Counted from the stretch's first letter, positions 1 through 8,792 are shown. The stretch is 40,063 nucleotides of DNA from an uncultured Planctomycetales bacterium (GCA_964588175.1 CAZPNW010000054.1:1-40063); one strand, 5' to 3'. Notes: generated by a model from the sequence alone, not told the origin. Program-made: numbers and translations.

Positions 1-32
1 GGGTTGTGTCGAAAATCAAAACTTTTTCCATT

Positions 33-662
33 TTACCTCAAGGTAAATGTCTTAACTGAAGACTCGAACAATTTTACATTTTTATTAAAAGTCTCTGTTT
101 TATCCGCGCAGGATATCGTAAAACTGACATTATTCTTAAAAAAGATATATACTAAATACTTTAGCTTAATATCCAAAGTACCCATATTGACCACTGATTC
201 ATACATAAAAGTCACGCCCTCACACTTATTTATCGTGACTTGTTTGGCCTTTTTGGTTACCTTCATGCTGCTGCCCATTACATTTATGGTATTCAAATAT
301 TTTTTCGCATAATCCAGTTTCGATTCGGCGCTTAAAGCATTAATTAATTCTGCGACTAACGTGACACTCGGATTCGATGTATTCTTAGTATTGAGCGGAT
401 ATTGGGAGAACACAACTAAGATACCCATCCGCTGAGCGGCTTGATCAGGCGTTTTAGTAACATCATCGATAGCTTTGGTAACCATCCCCTGAAAAGCTTC
501 TCCTGGAGTAGCTATCCACCCGTCAGGAGAACTCAAGGTGACCCCCATGGTTTTGTTATCGTAAAAGGCTGATTTCGCTTGAAGAGGGGCTAAAAACATT
601 CCTGCGGAAATACTTAAAGCGATCATCACTGCTGTTGATACTACTATCTTCCTCAAAGGCAT
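33..662 (-). CDS. hypothetical exported protein
   Basis: 209-aa ORF. The N-terminus looks like a signal peptide (MPLRKIVVSTAVMIALSISAGMFLAPLQAKS) and is followed by a soluble domain. I recognise no catalytic motif. Confidence 0.55.
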   Translation of the reverse strand: MPLRKIVVSTAVMIALSISAGMFLAPLQAKSAFYDNKTMGVTLSSPDGWIATPGEAFQGMVTKAIDDVTKTPDQAAQRMGILVVFSQYPLNTKNTSNPSVTLVAELINALSAESKLDYAKKYLNTINVMGSSMKVTKKAKQVTINKCEGVTFMYESVVNMGTLDIKLKYLVYIFFKNNVSFTISCADKTETFNKNVKLFESSVKTFTLR

Positions 663-701
663 ATTTAAGTCCTTCTTACCTTGACAAATGGTTTTGGCTG
701 G

Positions 702-800
702 GGCTAAGATATTAGTTTGGCTGTCAGGTTAAGTAGTTAGGTTTTACCACAAACTACTCTACCTAACTACCAAACTAATCTCTTTACCATTACCTTAACC
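702..800. repeat. dispersed structured intergenic repeat, family A copy 1 (second copy at 32713-32816)
   Basis: Collinear blocks are shared with 32713-32816 at identical spacing: GTTTGGCTGT (715-724), AAGTAGTTAGGTT (731-743), AACTACT (752-758), TACCTAAC (760-767) and AAACTAA (772-778). Internal hairpins are GTAGTTAGGT/ACCTAACTAC and ATTAGTTTGG/CCAAACTAAT. Confidence 0.75.
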
Positions 801-808
801 CAATTACC

Positions 809-1801
809 TCACTTCTTCATCCAGGGCATCATCTCCCGCAACTGTTTGCCTACTTTTTCAATTTTGTGATCATCGCCTGCTTTTAATAAACTATTAAATT
901 GGGCCCTGCCGGTTTCGTTTTCCTTGATCCACTCTTTGGCAAATTTACCTTTCTGGATCTCTTTGAGTATCTTTTGCATTTCTTTTCTGGTTTTAGCAGT
1001 GATCACCCGCGGCCCCCTGGTTAGATCCCCGTAACAAGCAGTATTAGAGACCCGGCGGCGCATTCCCGCGATACCATATTCCTGGATCAAATCCGTAATA
1101 AGTTTTAATTCATGCAAGACTTCAAAATAAGCGATCTCAGGCTGATATCCGGCATCGACGAGCGTGTCAAACCCGGCCTTGATCAATTCACTTACCCCTC
1201 CGCATAAAACAGCCTGCTCGCCAAAAAGGTCGGTTTCTGTTTCTTCTTTGAACGTCGTCTCAATAACGCCGGCTTTTGTGGCACGAAGCGCTTTAGCATA
1301 TGCTAAAGCGATCTTCAAAGCATTGCCGGTAGCGTCCTGATATATCGCGACCAATGAAGGGACACCCTTGCCTTCTTCATACATCCTTCTGACGAGCGCA
1401 CCCGGGCCTTTCGGCGCCACCATAAAAACATCGACGTTCTTGGAAGGCTTGATCTGTTTAAAATGGATATTGAACCCGTGAGAGAAACAAAGGGCTTTTC
1501 CCTTCTTTAAATTCGGCTTTATAGCTTCCTGATAAACTTTTGCCTGGACATGGTCCTGGGTCAATATCTGGATCACATCTCCGGCAATCGCCGCTTCAGT
1601 GGCAGAAACAGGAGTAAACCCGTCTTTCGTGGCTTGTTCGAAATTCGGGGTCCCCGCCATTTCAGAAACAACAACTTTACAACCGGAATCACGCAAACAC
1701 AGCGCCTGGCCGCGGCCCTGGATCCCATAACCGATGATCGCGACGGTTTTATCTTTTAACACATTCAAATCCGCATCATTATCATAATATACTTTAATCA
1801 T
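809..1801 (-). CDS. ilvC: ketol-acid reductoisomerase
   Basis: Full-length class I KARI-like translation with an N-terminal Rossmann motif ([21 protein letters not shown]). I moved the start to the ATG at 1801 (MIKVYYDND), which is preceded by GAAAGGAAAAAG. The ORF-track start at 1831 is an upstream extension. Confidence 0.95.
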   Translation of the reverse strand: MIKVYYDNDADLNVLKDKTVAIIGYGIQGRGQALCLRDSGCKVVVSEMAGTPNFEQATKDGFTPVSATEAAIAGDVIQILTQDHVQAKVYQEAIKPNLKKGKALCFSHGFNIHFKQIKPSKNVDVFMVAPKGPGALVRRMYEEGKGVPSLVAIYQDATGNALKIALAYAKALRATKAGVIETTFKEETETDLFGEQAVLCGGVSELIKAGFDTLVDAGYQPEIAYFEVLHELKLITDLIQEYGIAGMRRRVSNTACYGDLTRGPRVITAKTRKEMQKILKEIQKGKFAKEWIKENETGRAQFNSLLKAGDDHKIEKVGKQLREMMPWMKK

Positions 1802-1833
1802 CTTTTTCCTTTCTGTAATAAAGCTGTCCAAGG

Positions 1834-1873
1834 AATAAAACGGTCATTGCACAAAACAACCCGCGCAATGACC
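1834..1873 (-). terminator. intrinsic terminator-like hairpin downstream of the HD-GYP gene
   Basis: The minus strand reads GGTCATTGC-(14 nt loop)-GCAATGACC followed by GTTTTATT. A second small hairpin, CCAAAG-TACC-CTTTGG, lies at 1872-1887. Confidence 0.55.
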
Positions 1874-1890
1874 AAAGTACCCTTTGGTTC

Positions 1891-3327
1891 TTATATTATT
1901 TCAAGCAACGTTTCTACTATTTTTTTATCGTAACGGATACCGATATACTTTCTTAATTCTTCTTTAGCTACCTCAACACTTAACCCCTTACGGTACGGGC
2001 GATCAGTCGTCATCGCGTCATAACTATCAGTGACCGCAAGTATTTTTGACCCGAGAGGGATCTGGCTGTCTTTTAACTTATCAGGATAACCGCTTCCATC
2101 CAGCCATTCATGATGACTCCGGATAATACTACAGAGGCGAGAAAGTGAACGTACCGGTTTAACGATACCTTCGCCGATCACCGGGTGCTTACGCATTATT
2201 CTCATTTCTTCATCAGACAAAGGGCTCGCTTTCCTGAGGATCTCATCAGTAATACCGATCTTCCCGATATCATGAAGCTCTGCCGCATCCTTAATATTCT
2301 TTATCGTATCGGCATCCAAGCCCAATTTTCCCGCTATTTTAACCGAATATTGAGAAACACGGTCAGAATGGCCGCGGCTGTAATAATCCCGCGCCTCTAC
2401 CGCCATTGCCAACGCGGAAATCGTCTCCAGATACGTTTTCTCCGCATCCAAATGGAGCCGGTCATTCTCAACTGCGATCGCTGTCTGAGAAGCAAGGTTC
2501 GAAATGATCAATAATTCATCTTCCGCGAAGCTGCCGCCGGCGATCCTGCCTGATACCAGTAAAACTCCGATAACCCTATCCTGATACAACATCGGCGAAC
2601 ACAATAAAGGCGGGCTAAAGATATCATCGTCAGACTGATTACTTATTTTCTGTAAGGCAGGGACTAAGAGCGGTTTTTTGTGTTTTGCCACCCAACCGGG
2701 AGCTTCTTCGCCAACCTTGAGGCGAATGTCTTCGATATTCCTGCCTATTCCTGAAATATTCTTAAGATATAACTCTTGTTTTTCCTCATCAAGCAGCATT
2801 AAAACGCCTACCCGGGCATCTAACGCGTTAGCGGTTATTTCAACGATCAGTTCCAAGAAAGTATCAATGGTCTGCAACGAAGTCATTCCTACGGCCAGTT
2901 TCGACAACACATACTGCATGGTCCGCTTAGAAGCCTCAAGGCGATTAATATTGCTTTCCAAATTCTTAGTAGCTTCGCTGAACGCCCTGGTCAGCTGTGT
3001 GATCTCGTTTTCATCGATAGACGAAGAAACAGCCAGTCCCGGGATATCTTTTGCCAGGCTTTTGGTTGCCTGTTGCGTCAACGCCTGGATCTTCATGATG
3101 GATTTACGCATAGCAAAAAAACCCACCAACGCTCCGGGGCCAAGAAACGCAATAAGCAAAAAGAACGAGTTTTCATTTAAAGAGATCTTCCCCGTAGCCC
3201 TGAACTGCCAAAACAAATAAACGATCACCAGGAACGGGACCAGCGACATAATAATGAAAAGGATAGAAAATTTATGTATCAACGGTGCATTTTCTATCGA
3301 GGAAACCAGCTTCCCTTTTACGCTCAT
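1891..3327 (-). CDS. membrane HAMP-GAF-HD-GYP domain protein (putative c-di-GMP phosphodiesterase)
   Basis: Two N-terminal hydrophobic helices are followed by a HAMP-like linker and a GAF-like region (VGVLMLLDEE...VIGVLLVSG). The C-terminal HD-GYP signature is HSDRV...ELHDIGKIG...HHEWLDGSGYPD. The start is set to the ATG at 3327 (MSVKGK), 1 nt after the ilvN TAA (3329-3331). Confidence 0.85.
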   Translation of the reverse strand: MSVKGKLVSSIENAPLIHKFSILFIIMSLVPFLVIVYLFWQFRATGKISLNENSFFLLIAFLGPGALVGFFAMRKSIMKIQALTQQATKSLAKDIPGLAVSSSIDENEITQLTRAFSEATKNLESNINRLEASKRTMQYVLSKLAVGMTSLQTIDTFLELIVEITANALDARVGVLMLLDEEKQELYLKNISGIGRNIEDIRLKVGEEAPGWVAKHKKPLLVPALQKISNQSDDDIFSPPLLCSPMLYQDRVIGVLLVSGRIAGGSFAEDELLIISNLASQTAIAVENDRLHLDAEKTYLETISALAMAVEARDYYSRGHSDRVSQYSVKIAGKLGLDADTIKNIKDAAELHDIGKIGITDEILRKASPLSDEEMRIMRKHPVIGEGIVKPVRSLSRLCSIIRSHHEWLDGSGYPDKLKDSQIPLGSKILAVTDSYDAMTTDRPYRKGLSVEVAKEELRKYIGIRYDKKIVETLLEII

Positions 3328-3328
3328 G

Positions 3329-3805
3329 TTATTCGACTCCGATCGCCAACCGCCCTGTCCTGACAAGTTCCTGAATACCATAGGGGCTCAACAATTCAAG
3401 CAACTGTTTGATCTCGGCCTGGTCCCCCACCGCTTCCACGATCGCCGTATGAGCTTTTCCGCGGATCACACACGCTAAAAATTTTTTTAACGCATTCTCC
3501 AATTTACTCTTCTCTTTGGGAGAACAGGTGATCTTAACTAAAACAAGCTCCCGGTCAACATGCTCTTTCTTCGTATAATCGGTCACCTTGACGACATCGA
3601 TCAATTTGTTAAGCTGCTTCTTGATCTGTTCAAGGATAGCCTCATCTTTGGCATCGACAACGATCGTCATATAAGAAACTAACGGATCAAGTGTCTCACT
3701 CACCGCCAAAGAAGCGATATTATATCCGCGCGCGCTGAACAAGCCGGCTACCCGCGCCAGGACCCCGAATTTGTTCTCAACTAATACTGATATAGTGTGT
3801 TTCAT
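3329..3805 (-). CDS. ilvN: acetolactate synthase small (regulatory) subunit
   Basis: 158 aa with an ACT-domain N-terminus typical of IlvH/IlvN (MKHTISVLVENKFGVLARVAGLFSARGYNIASL). It lies downstream of ilvB. Confidence 0.92.
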   Translation of the reverse strand: MKHTISVLVENKFGVLARVAGLFSARGYNIASLAVSETLDPLVSYMTIVVDAKDEAILEQIKKQLNKLIDVVKVTDYTKKEHVDRELVLVKITCSPKEKSKLENALKKFLACVIRGKAHTAIVEAVGDQAEIKQLLELLSPYGIQELVRTGRLAIGVE

Positions 3806-3809
3806 ATTA

Positions 3810-3871
3810 GGTTATCGGTTATCGGTGATCGGTGATCGGCCGAAAACCGATAACCGAGCACCGAAAACCGA
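3810..3871. repeat. heptamer-built inverted repeat (word GGTNATC / CCGANNA), family B copy 1
   Basis: The arms are GGTTATC GGTTATC GGTGATC GGTGATC GG | CCGAAAA CCGATAA CCGAGCA CCGAAAA CCGA. They are complementary around a CGGCCG centre, with mismatches recurring every 7 nt. Confidence 0.85.
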
Positions 3872-3873
3872 GA

Positions 3874-5538
3874 TTATGCCAACCCCTCGATCATCCGATT
3901 GATCGCTTCACCCGCAGGAACCATGGGGAAAACGTTCTCTTCAGGTTCTACGACAAAATCAATAAAAACGGTATTATCGATAGAAATTGCTTTCTCAAGC
4001 GCTTTACGCACATCCTCCTTTTTAGTGACACGGATACCTACCGCCCCATAACTTTCCGCCAACTTCACAAAATCAGGAGAGCTGATATAAACATGAGAAT
4101 AGCGCCTTTTGTAAAAAAGTTCCTGCCACTGGCGCACCATTCCTAAATAACCGTTGTTAAGGATCGCGACCTTCACATTTATTTTATTGAATACACAGGT
4201 AGCCAGCTCCTGAATATTCATCTGGATAGAGCCGTCCCCGGCGATATCAATGACCGTCTTTTCAGGATGGCCCATTTTAGCCCCCATCGCCGCGGGGAAG
4301 CCGAACCCCATAGTCCCCAGCCCGCCGGAAGAAACAAAAGTACGCGGATAGTCGTATTGATACCACTGCGCGGCCCACATCTGGTTCTGGCCCACTTCGG
4401 TGGTAATGATCGCATCACCCTCAGTAACGGCATAGATCTGCTCTACTACGTACTGGGGCTTAAGCAGCCCATCGTTCTTATAACGCAGAGGGTATTTTTT
4501 CTTCAAGGAATCGATCGCCTTAAGCCATTCAGCCGTATCGGGGAGCTTCTTGAGCTGCTCGATTATTTCTCCCAGGATATTCTTTGCGTCTCCGACGATC
4601 GGGACATCTACCCTGATATTCTTGCTGATGGAAGAAGGATCGATATCAATATGTATGATCTTGGCATGCGGAGCGAAGGTATCGGTCCTGCCGGTAACCC
4701 TATCGTCGAACCTGGCGCCTACAGCAATGATCAGATCAGCATCCATGACCGCGTGATTCGCATACGCAGTCCCGTGCATACCTAACATGCCCAGAGATAA
4801 TTTATGAGACGCCGGGAATCCGCCGATACCCATCAATGTCCAGGTAACCGGAGCCTTGATCTTCTCTGCCAGCTTCCGTAACATCACGTGGGCGCCGCTG
4901 GAAATGATACCCCCGCCAGCGTAAATAAGCGGCTTTTTCGCCTGGGAGATCAATTGCGAAGCTTTCTTGATCTGCCCGGGATGCCCGAAATACGTAGGTT
5001 TATAACTGCGCAGCTCAACCGTCTCAGGCCAAACAAAAGGGATATCCTGCATCTGAATATCAGACGGAATATCGACCACCACCGGCCCCGGCCTTCCGGT
5101 TGAAGCGATATAAAAAGCTTCCCGGACTATACGGGCTAAATCCCGAACATCCTTAACCAAATAATTATGTTTGGTGATCGGCCGTGTAATACCGGTGACA
5201 TCGGCTTCCTGGAACGCGTCATTACCGATAAGGAAAGATTTTACCTGGCCGGTAATAGCCACCAGCGGGATAGAATCCATATGAGCGTTGGCAATACCGG
5301 TGATGAGGTTTGTCGCGCCGGGACCTGAGGTAGCCAAACACACCCCCGTCTTACCTGTCGCGCGGGCATAACCGTCAGCCGCATGCACCGCTCCCTGTTC
5401 ATGACGGGTAAGAATGAACTTAATATCGGAATCATACAGTTTATCAAAAATAGGCAGTACCTGGCCACCGGGATAGCCGAACATCACCTCAACCCCTTCA
5501 CGTTTTAAACATTCTATGAGTATCTGCGCACCGATCAT
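3874..5538 (-). CDS. ilvB: acetolactate synthase large (catalytic) subunit
   Basis: 554 aa ThDP-enzyme. The N-terminus is [25 protein letters not shown] and the ThDP-binding motif is [14 protein letters not shown]...[12 protein letters not shown]. Confidence 0.95.
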   Translation of the reverse strand: MIGAQILIECLKREGVEVMFGYPGGQVLPIFDKLYDSDIKFILTRHEQGAVHAADGYARATGKTGVCLATSGPGATNLITGIANAHMDSIPLVAITGQVKSFLIGNDAFQEADVTGITRPITKHNYLVKDVRDLARIVREAFYIASTGRPGPVVVDIPSDIQMQDIPFVWPETVELRSYKPTYFGHPGQIKKASQLISQAKKPLIYAGGGIISSGAHVMLRKLAEKIKAPVTWTLMGIGGFPASHKLSLGMLGMHGTAYANHAVMDADLIIAVGARFDDRVTGRTDTFAPHAKIIHIDIDPSSISKNIRVDVPIVGDAKNILGEIIEQLKKLPDTAEWLKAIDSLKKKYPLRYKNDGLLKPQYVVEQIYAVTEGDAIITTEVGQNQMWAAQWYQYDYPRTFVSSGGLGTMGFGFPAAMGAKMGHPEKTVIDIAGDGSIQMNIQELATCVFNKINVKVAILNNGYLGMVRQWQELFYKRRYSHVYISSPDFVKLAESYGAVGIRVTKKEDVRKALEKAISIDNTVFIDFVVEPEENVFPMVPAGEAINRMIEGLA

Positions 5539-5548
5539 TTTTCAACTC

Positions 5549-5620
5549 AAAAGTTAAAAGTAAAAAACACGGAATAAACCTTTTTCTTGCTTTTTACTTT
5601 TGGCTTCTCACTTTTTACTT
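5549..5620. repeat. heptamer-built inverted repeat (word AAAAGTN / NNCTTTT), family D copy 1
   Basis: The left array is AAAAGTT AAAAGTA AAAAACA (5549-5569). The right array is TGCTTTT TACTTTT GGCTTCT CACTTTT TACTT (5588-5620). There is a perfect 11-bp pairing of 5556-5566 with 5591-5601. Confidence 0.8.
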
Positions 5621-7271
5621 AACTTAATACCGCCCCTTTATCCGCCGAACTCACTAATCTTGAATAACGGGAAAGATACCCTCGGGTGATCTTAGGAGGA
5701 ACAGGTTTCCAAGACTTAAATCTTTTTCCAATTTCCTGTTTGCTTAATTTTACTTCTAATTTCCGTTTTGGTATATCAATGATTATTATATCATCGTTTT
5801 TCAAAATCGCAAGAGGTCCTCGTGCAGAAGCTTCCGGAGAAATATGTCCGATACACGGCCCCTTGGTCCCGCCGGAAAATCTGCCGTCCGTAATCAGGGC
5901 GACACTATTCTCCAATCCCATACCGACGATCGCCGCGGTAGGCGCGAGCATCTCCCGCATACCCGGGCCGCCGCTGGGCCCCTCATAACGGATAACGACC
6001 ACTTCCCCGCCTTTAATTTTCCCGTTTAAAATCGCAGACATAGCTTCTTCTTCACGGTTAAAGACCAGGGCTTTCCCCTCAAACTGCATCATAGCAGGGC
6101 TTACCGCCGCCTGTTTTACCACAGCGCCATTGGGCGCCAGATTTCCGAATAAAACAGCAATACCGCCCTGCTCATGATACGCGCGGTCAAAGGGACGGAT
6201 CACTTCTTCATCGGAGATCTCAGCGCTGTCGGCAATAGAGAATATTTTCTTGCCGCTTAACGTCATTGTATTATTCAACTTACTTTTTAAACGCTTTAAT
6301 ACCGCAGGGATCCCTCCGGCATATTCCACATCTTCCATAAAATGCTCACCCGCCGGTTCCAGATTCGTGATATGGGAAACTTCTTTACTGATCTTATCGA
6401 ACATCTTCAGATCAAGCGGTATTCCCGCCTCATGGCTTATCGCCATCAGATGTAAGATCGTATTGCTGGAACCTCCGAGCGCCATATCAACAATGATCGC
6501 GTTATGGAGAGATTCTTTCGTAATAATATCCAACGGCTTAATATCTTTTTTTACCAATGCTACGATGCGCTCCCCGCTTTCACAGGCGAGGCGGCGCTTC
6601 TTGGCGGAAACCGCCAATGCTGTCGCGCAGCCGGGCAGCGACATGCCTAAGGTCTCAGTCAGGCAGGCCATCGTATTAGCCGTATATAAACCCTGACAGG
6701 AACCTGCCCCGGGACAGGCCTCCATCTCCAGGCAGCTCAATTCTTTCTGGGAGATATCACCCTTCTTCGCTCGGGCTAAGGCTTCATAGGTATCATGCAC
6801 AAACGCAAGCTTACGCTGTTTATACCGGCCGGAGACCATCGGCCCCGCAGTCACTATGATCGCCGGGATATTTAAACGCGCAACCCCCATAAGCATTCCT
6901 GGCGTGATCTTATCGCAATTAGTCAGACACACGATACCATCAAGCTGATGAGCGTTACAGACCGTTTCGATCGTATCGGCGACGATCTCACGCAGCGCCA
7001 TAGGATAACACATCCCCAAGTGGCCCATCGCGATACCGTCGCATATACCGGGGATCCCGAAGAAAAACGGCACACCGCCGCCATAACAGACACCGCGTTC
7101 AATATAGCGTTCCAGATCCCGCATGCCGATATGCCCGGGGATGAGATCGGTAAACGATGTCGCCACGCCGATAAACGGGCGTGTAAGGTCTTTCCTGCTC
7201 AAGCCCGTCGCATGCAGCAACGCGCGATGAGGGACCCGCTCTAAACCAACTTTGATCTTATCAGACCTCAT
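5619..7271 (-). CDS. ilvD: dihydroxy-acid dehydratase
   Basis: IlvD/Edd family translation ([19 protein letters not shown]..., [16 protein letters not shown]). The start is set to the ATG at 7271, preceded by AGGAGATATCT. The ORF-track start at 7322 lies inside the upstream repeat. Confidence 0.95.
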   Translation of the reverse strand: MRSDKIKVGLERVPHRALLHATGLSRKDLTRPFIGVATSFTDLIPGHIGMRDLERYIERGVCYGGGVPFFFGIPGICDGIAMGHLGMCYPMALREIVADTIETVCNAHQLDGIVCLTNCDKITPGMLMGVARLNIPAIIVTAGPMVSGRYKQRKLAFVHDTYEALARAKKGDISQKELSCLEMEACPGAGSCQGLYTANTMACLTETLGMSLPGCATALAVSAKKRRLACESGERIVALVKKDIKPLDIITKESLHNAIIVDMALGGSSNTILHLMAISHEAGIPLDLKMFDKISKEVSHITNLEPAGEHFMEDVEYAGGIPAVLKRLKSKLNNTMTLSGKKIFSIADSAEISDEEVIRPFDRAYHEQGGIAVLFGNLAPNGAVVKQAAVSPAMMQFEGKALVFNREEEAMSAILNGKIKGGEVVVIRYEGPSGGPGMREMLAPTAAIVGMGLENSVALITDGRFSGGTKGPCIGHISPEASARGPLAILKNDDIIIIDIPKRKLEVKLSKQEIGKRFKSWKPVPPKITRGYLSRYSRLVSSADKGAVLS

Positions 7272-7293
7272 AGATATCTCCTGGTAGAATATG

Positions 7294-7335
7294 TAGTCCA
7301 TGGTCCATAGCCGACAGTCCATGGACTTTGGACTA
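7294..7335. repeat. heptamer-built inverted repeat (word NAGTCCA / TGGACTN), family C copy 1
   Basis: Six 7-nt units: TAGTCCA TGGTCCA TAGCCGA CAGTCCA TGGACTT TGGACTA. It has a 12-nt perfect palindrome AGTCCATGGACT (7316-7327) and an outer pairing of 7294-7300 with 7329-7335. Confidence 0.85.
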
Positions 7336-7361
7336 TCAACCCATGGCTCTCAAGAGACCAG

Positions 7362-8687
7362 TTAATCTGCGCCTTCCCCGTCATGATGCAATTCATCGCC
7401 TTTTTTATGCTTACGAACGATGACACGTTTCAAAGTTACATATTTGTCGACCAATGATTTATTATTAACGGCATTAAGCTGTTTAAAGAGAAAGTCAAAC
7501 CTGTTCTCGATCTCACCTGCGATCGCATCCCTGGTGGCTTGAGGCAATCCCATGATGTCTTTCTTGAACGGCCCTAATGCTTTCTTGCGGCTGGTGTAAA
7601 AGAATTGTTCCTCCGTCTGGCCTTCTTTTTTCTCTGAAGCAGCATTTACTTTAAGCCATTCATATATCTTAGCTTTTAGTTCTTTCGGAAAATACTTGCT
7701 GTCATAGATCATATTCTGGAACTCAGTAGCGAGGTGTACCTCAGCGGCATCGCATTCCGCGAATTTATGGAACGCTTCCGAAGGCAGCGTTGATGCGCCA
7801 TGCTGAACAGCCCCTGCCATGCCAAATTCCCGGCGCGCCAGCTCAGAGAGGGCCTTCAACGTATCAAAATCAAGCTTTACCTGCGCGATAGTACCGTCAG
7901 GCAAAACGACGCCGCCGTGGGAAGTCCCGGTCTGAATAGATATCTTGCTGATCCCGGTCAAACCTTTACGCAAGCGCTCGTTATATCCGTTCATGAACGC
8001 GCGCAGATCCTCAGGCGTAGAATTCTTATGGCCAACTTCTCCGATCTCTCCACCTACGGAAACCGTAATGCCTTTCGGTTCTATCCGGCGGATAAATTGT
8101 GTCAGCTTAGCGCAGACTTCATAATTAAATAATTGCTGTTTCTTGATATCCGCTTTTGAAAGATCCACTACAGTGGAAGAATCGATATCGATATTATAGA
8201 AACCGGCTCCTATTGCGTCGGTGATCAAATCCTGAAGGCCGGCGACCTCTTTTTCCTGATTCTCCTGGAATTTCTTAGCGTTGACCTGGAAATGGTCACC
8301 CTGAACAAATACCGGCCCGCTATACGCTTCTTTGATCGCCGCTGCCAGAATAACCGCGGAATACTCTACCGGAGGCTGAGCGGTATAGCCCATTTCAGAC
8401 TTAGCGATCTCAAAAATAAACGCGCCCGCGTTGTTCTTCTTTGCCACCCGGAACATCGCGCGTGCCAGATCATAGGTCATACTGCGCAGGTTGAATGCAG
8501 GGACGGTAAATCCCTTCATTTCCCCTTTGCCGCGCGCAGCGTAAAATTCATGGATACTTGAAAGATATATCCCTTTCTTATACGCAAGGTCGGATATTTT
8601 CTTTGCGACAATGCGCTTATGCGCCATGTCGTCATTTGTAATCAGGTCCATTACAATTGTATCGATATTCACCGGTTTTCTTCCCAT
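7362..8687 (-). CDS. fba: class II fructose-bisphosphate aldolase (long form)
   Basis: Class II aldolase motifs are present (VPAFNLRS, VFVQGDHFQ, NIDIDSST, SIQTGTSHGG, VQHGAST). The start is set to the ATG at 8687 (MGRKP), preceded by GGGAGGAAGAC. The ORF-track start at 8744 lies inside the hairpin of repeat family F. Confidence 0.88.
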   Translation of the reverse strand: MGRKPVNIDTIVMDLITNDDMAHKRIVAKKISDLAYKKGIYLSSIHEFYAARGKGEMKGFTVPAFNLRSMTYDLARAMFRVAKKNNAGAFIFEIAKSEMGYTAQPPVEYSAVILAAAIKEAYSGPVFVQGDHFQVNAKKFQENQEKEVAGLQDLITDAIGAGFYNIDIDSSTVVDLSKADIKKQQLFNYEVCAKLTQFIRRIEPKGITVSVGGEIGEVGHKNSTPEDLRAFMNGYNERLRKGLTGISKISIQTGTSHGGVVLPDGTIAQVKLDFDTLKALSELARREFGMAGAVQHGASTLPSEAFHKFAECDAAEVHLATEFQNMIYDSKYFPKELKAKIYEWLKVNAASEKKEGQTEEQFFYTSRKKALGPFKKDIMGLPQATRDAIAGEIENRFDFLFKQLNAVNNKSLVDKYVTLKRVIVRKHKKGDELHHDGEGAD

Positions 8688-8728
8688 GTCTTCCTCCCTA
8701 TCTTCATCTTTTTTATTTTTAACATTTG

Positions 8729-8792
8729 GCTTTGAATGAGCCATGCCTCTGGCGCTTATGGCTCATTCACCCCGAGCACTGTCGAGGGGTTA
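8729..8792 (-). repeat. dispersed 3'-flank structured repeat, family F copy 1 (second copy at 30919-31002)
   Basis: GCTTTGAATGAGCCATGCCTCTGGCGCTTATGGCTCAT plus CCCCGAGCACTGTCGAGGGGTTA. An 11-bp stem pairs 8734-8744 with 8758-8768. The 13-nt loop is identical in the second copy. Confidence 0.8.

Noticed and set aside
3810-3871. The heptamer arrays (also 5549-5620, 7294-7335, 12926-12967 and 18678-18785) considered as CRISPR arrays or mini-satellites.
   Set aside because: The units are 7 nt with no spacers, each arm holds only 3-6 units, and the arrays are arranged as inverted arms. No cas genes are present. This does not fit a CRISPR array.
7272-7322. N-terminal extensions in the ORF track for ilvD. 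The same problem affects ilvC 1802-1831, HD-GYP 3328-3381, fba 8688-8744, pfkA 9768-9803, tsf 20756-20833, the zinc-ribbon gene 35210-35269 and M16 37631-37654.
   Set aside because: The extensions run through repeat hairpins, promoters or the upstream gene and lack an SD. In each case an internal ATG with a good SD matches the conserved N-terminus of the family.
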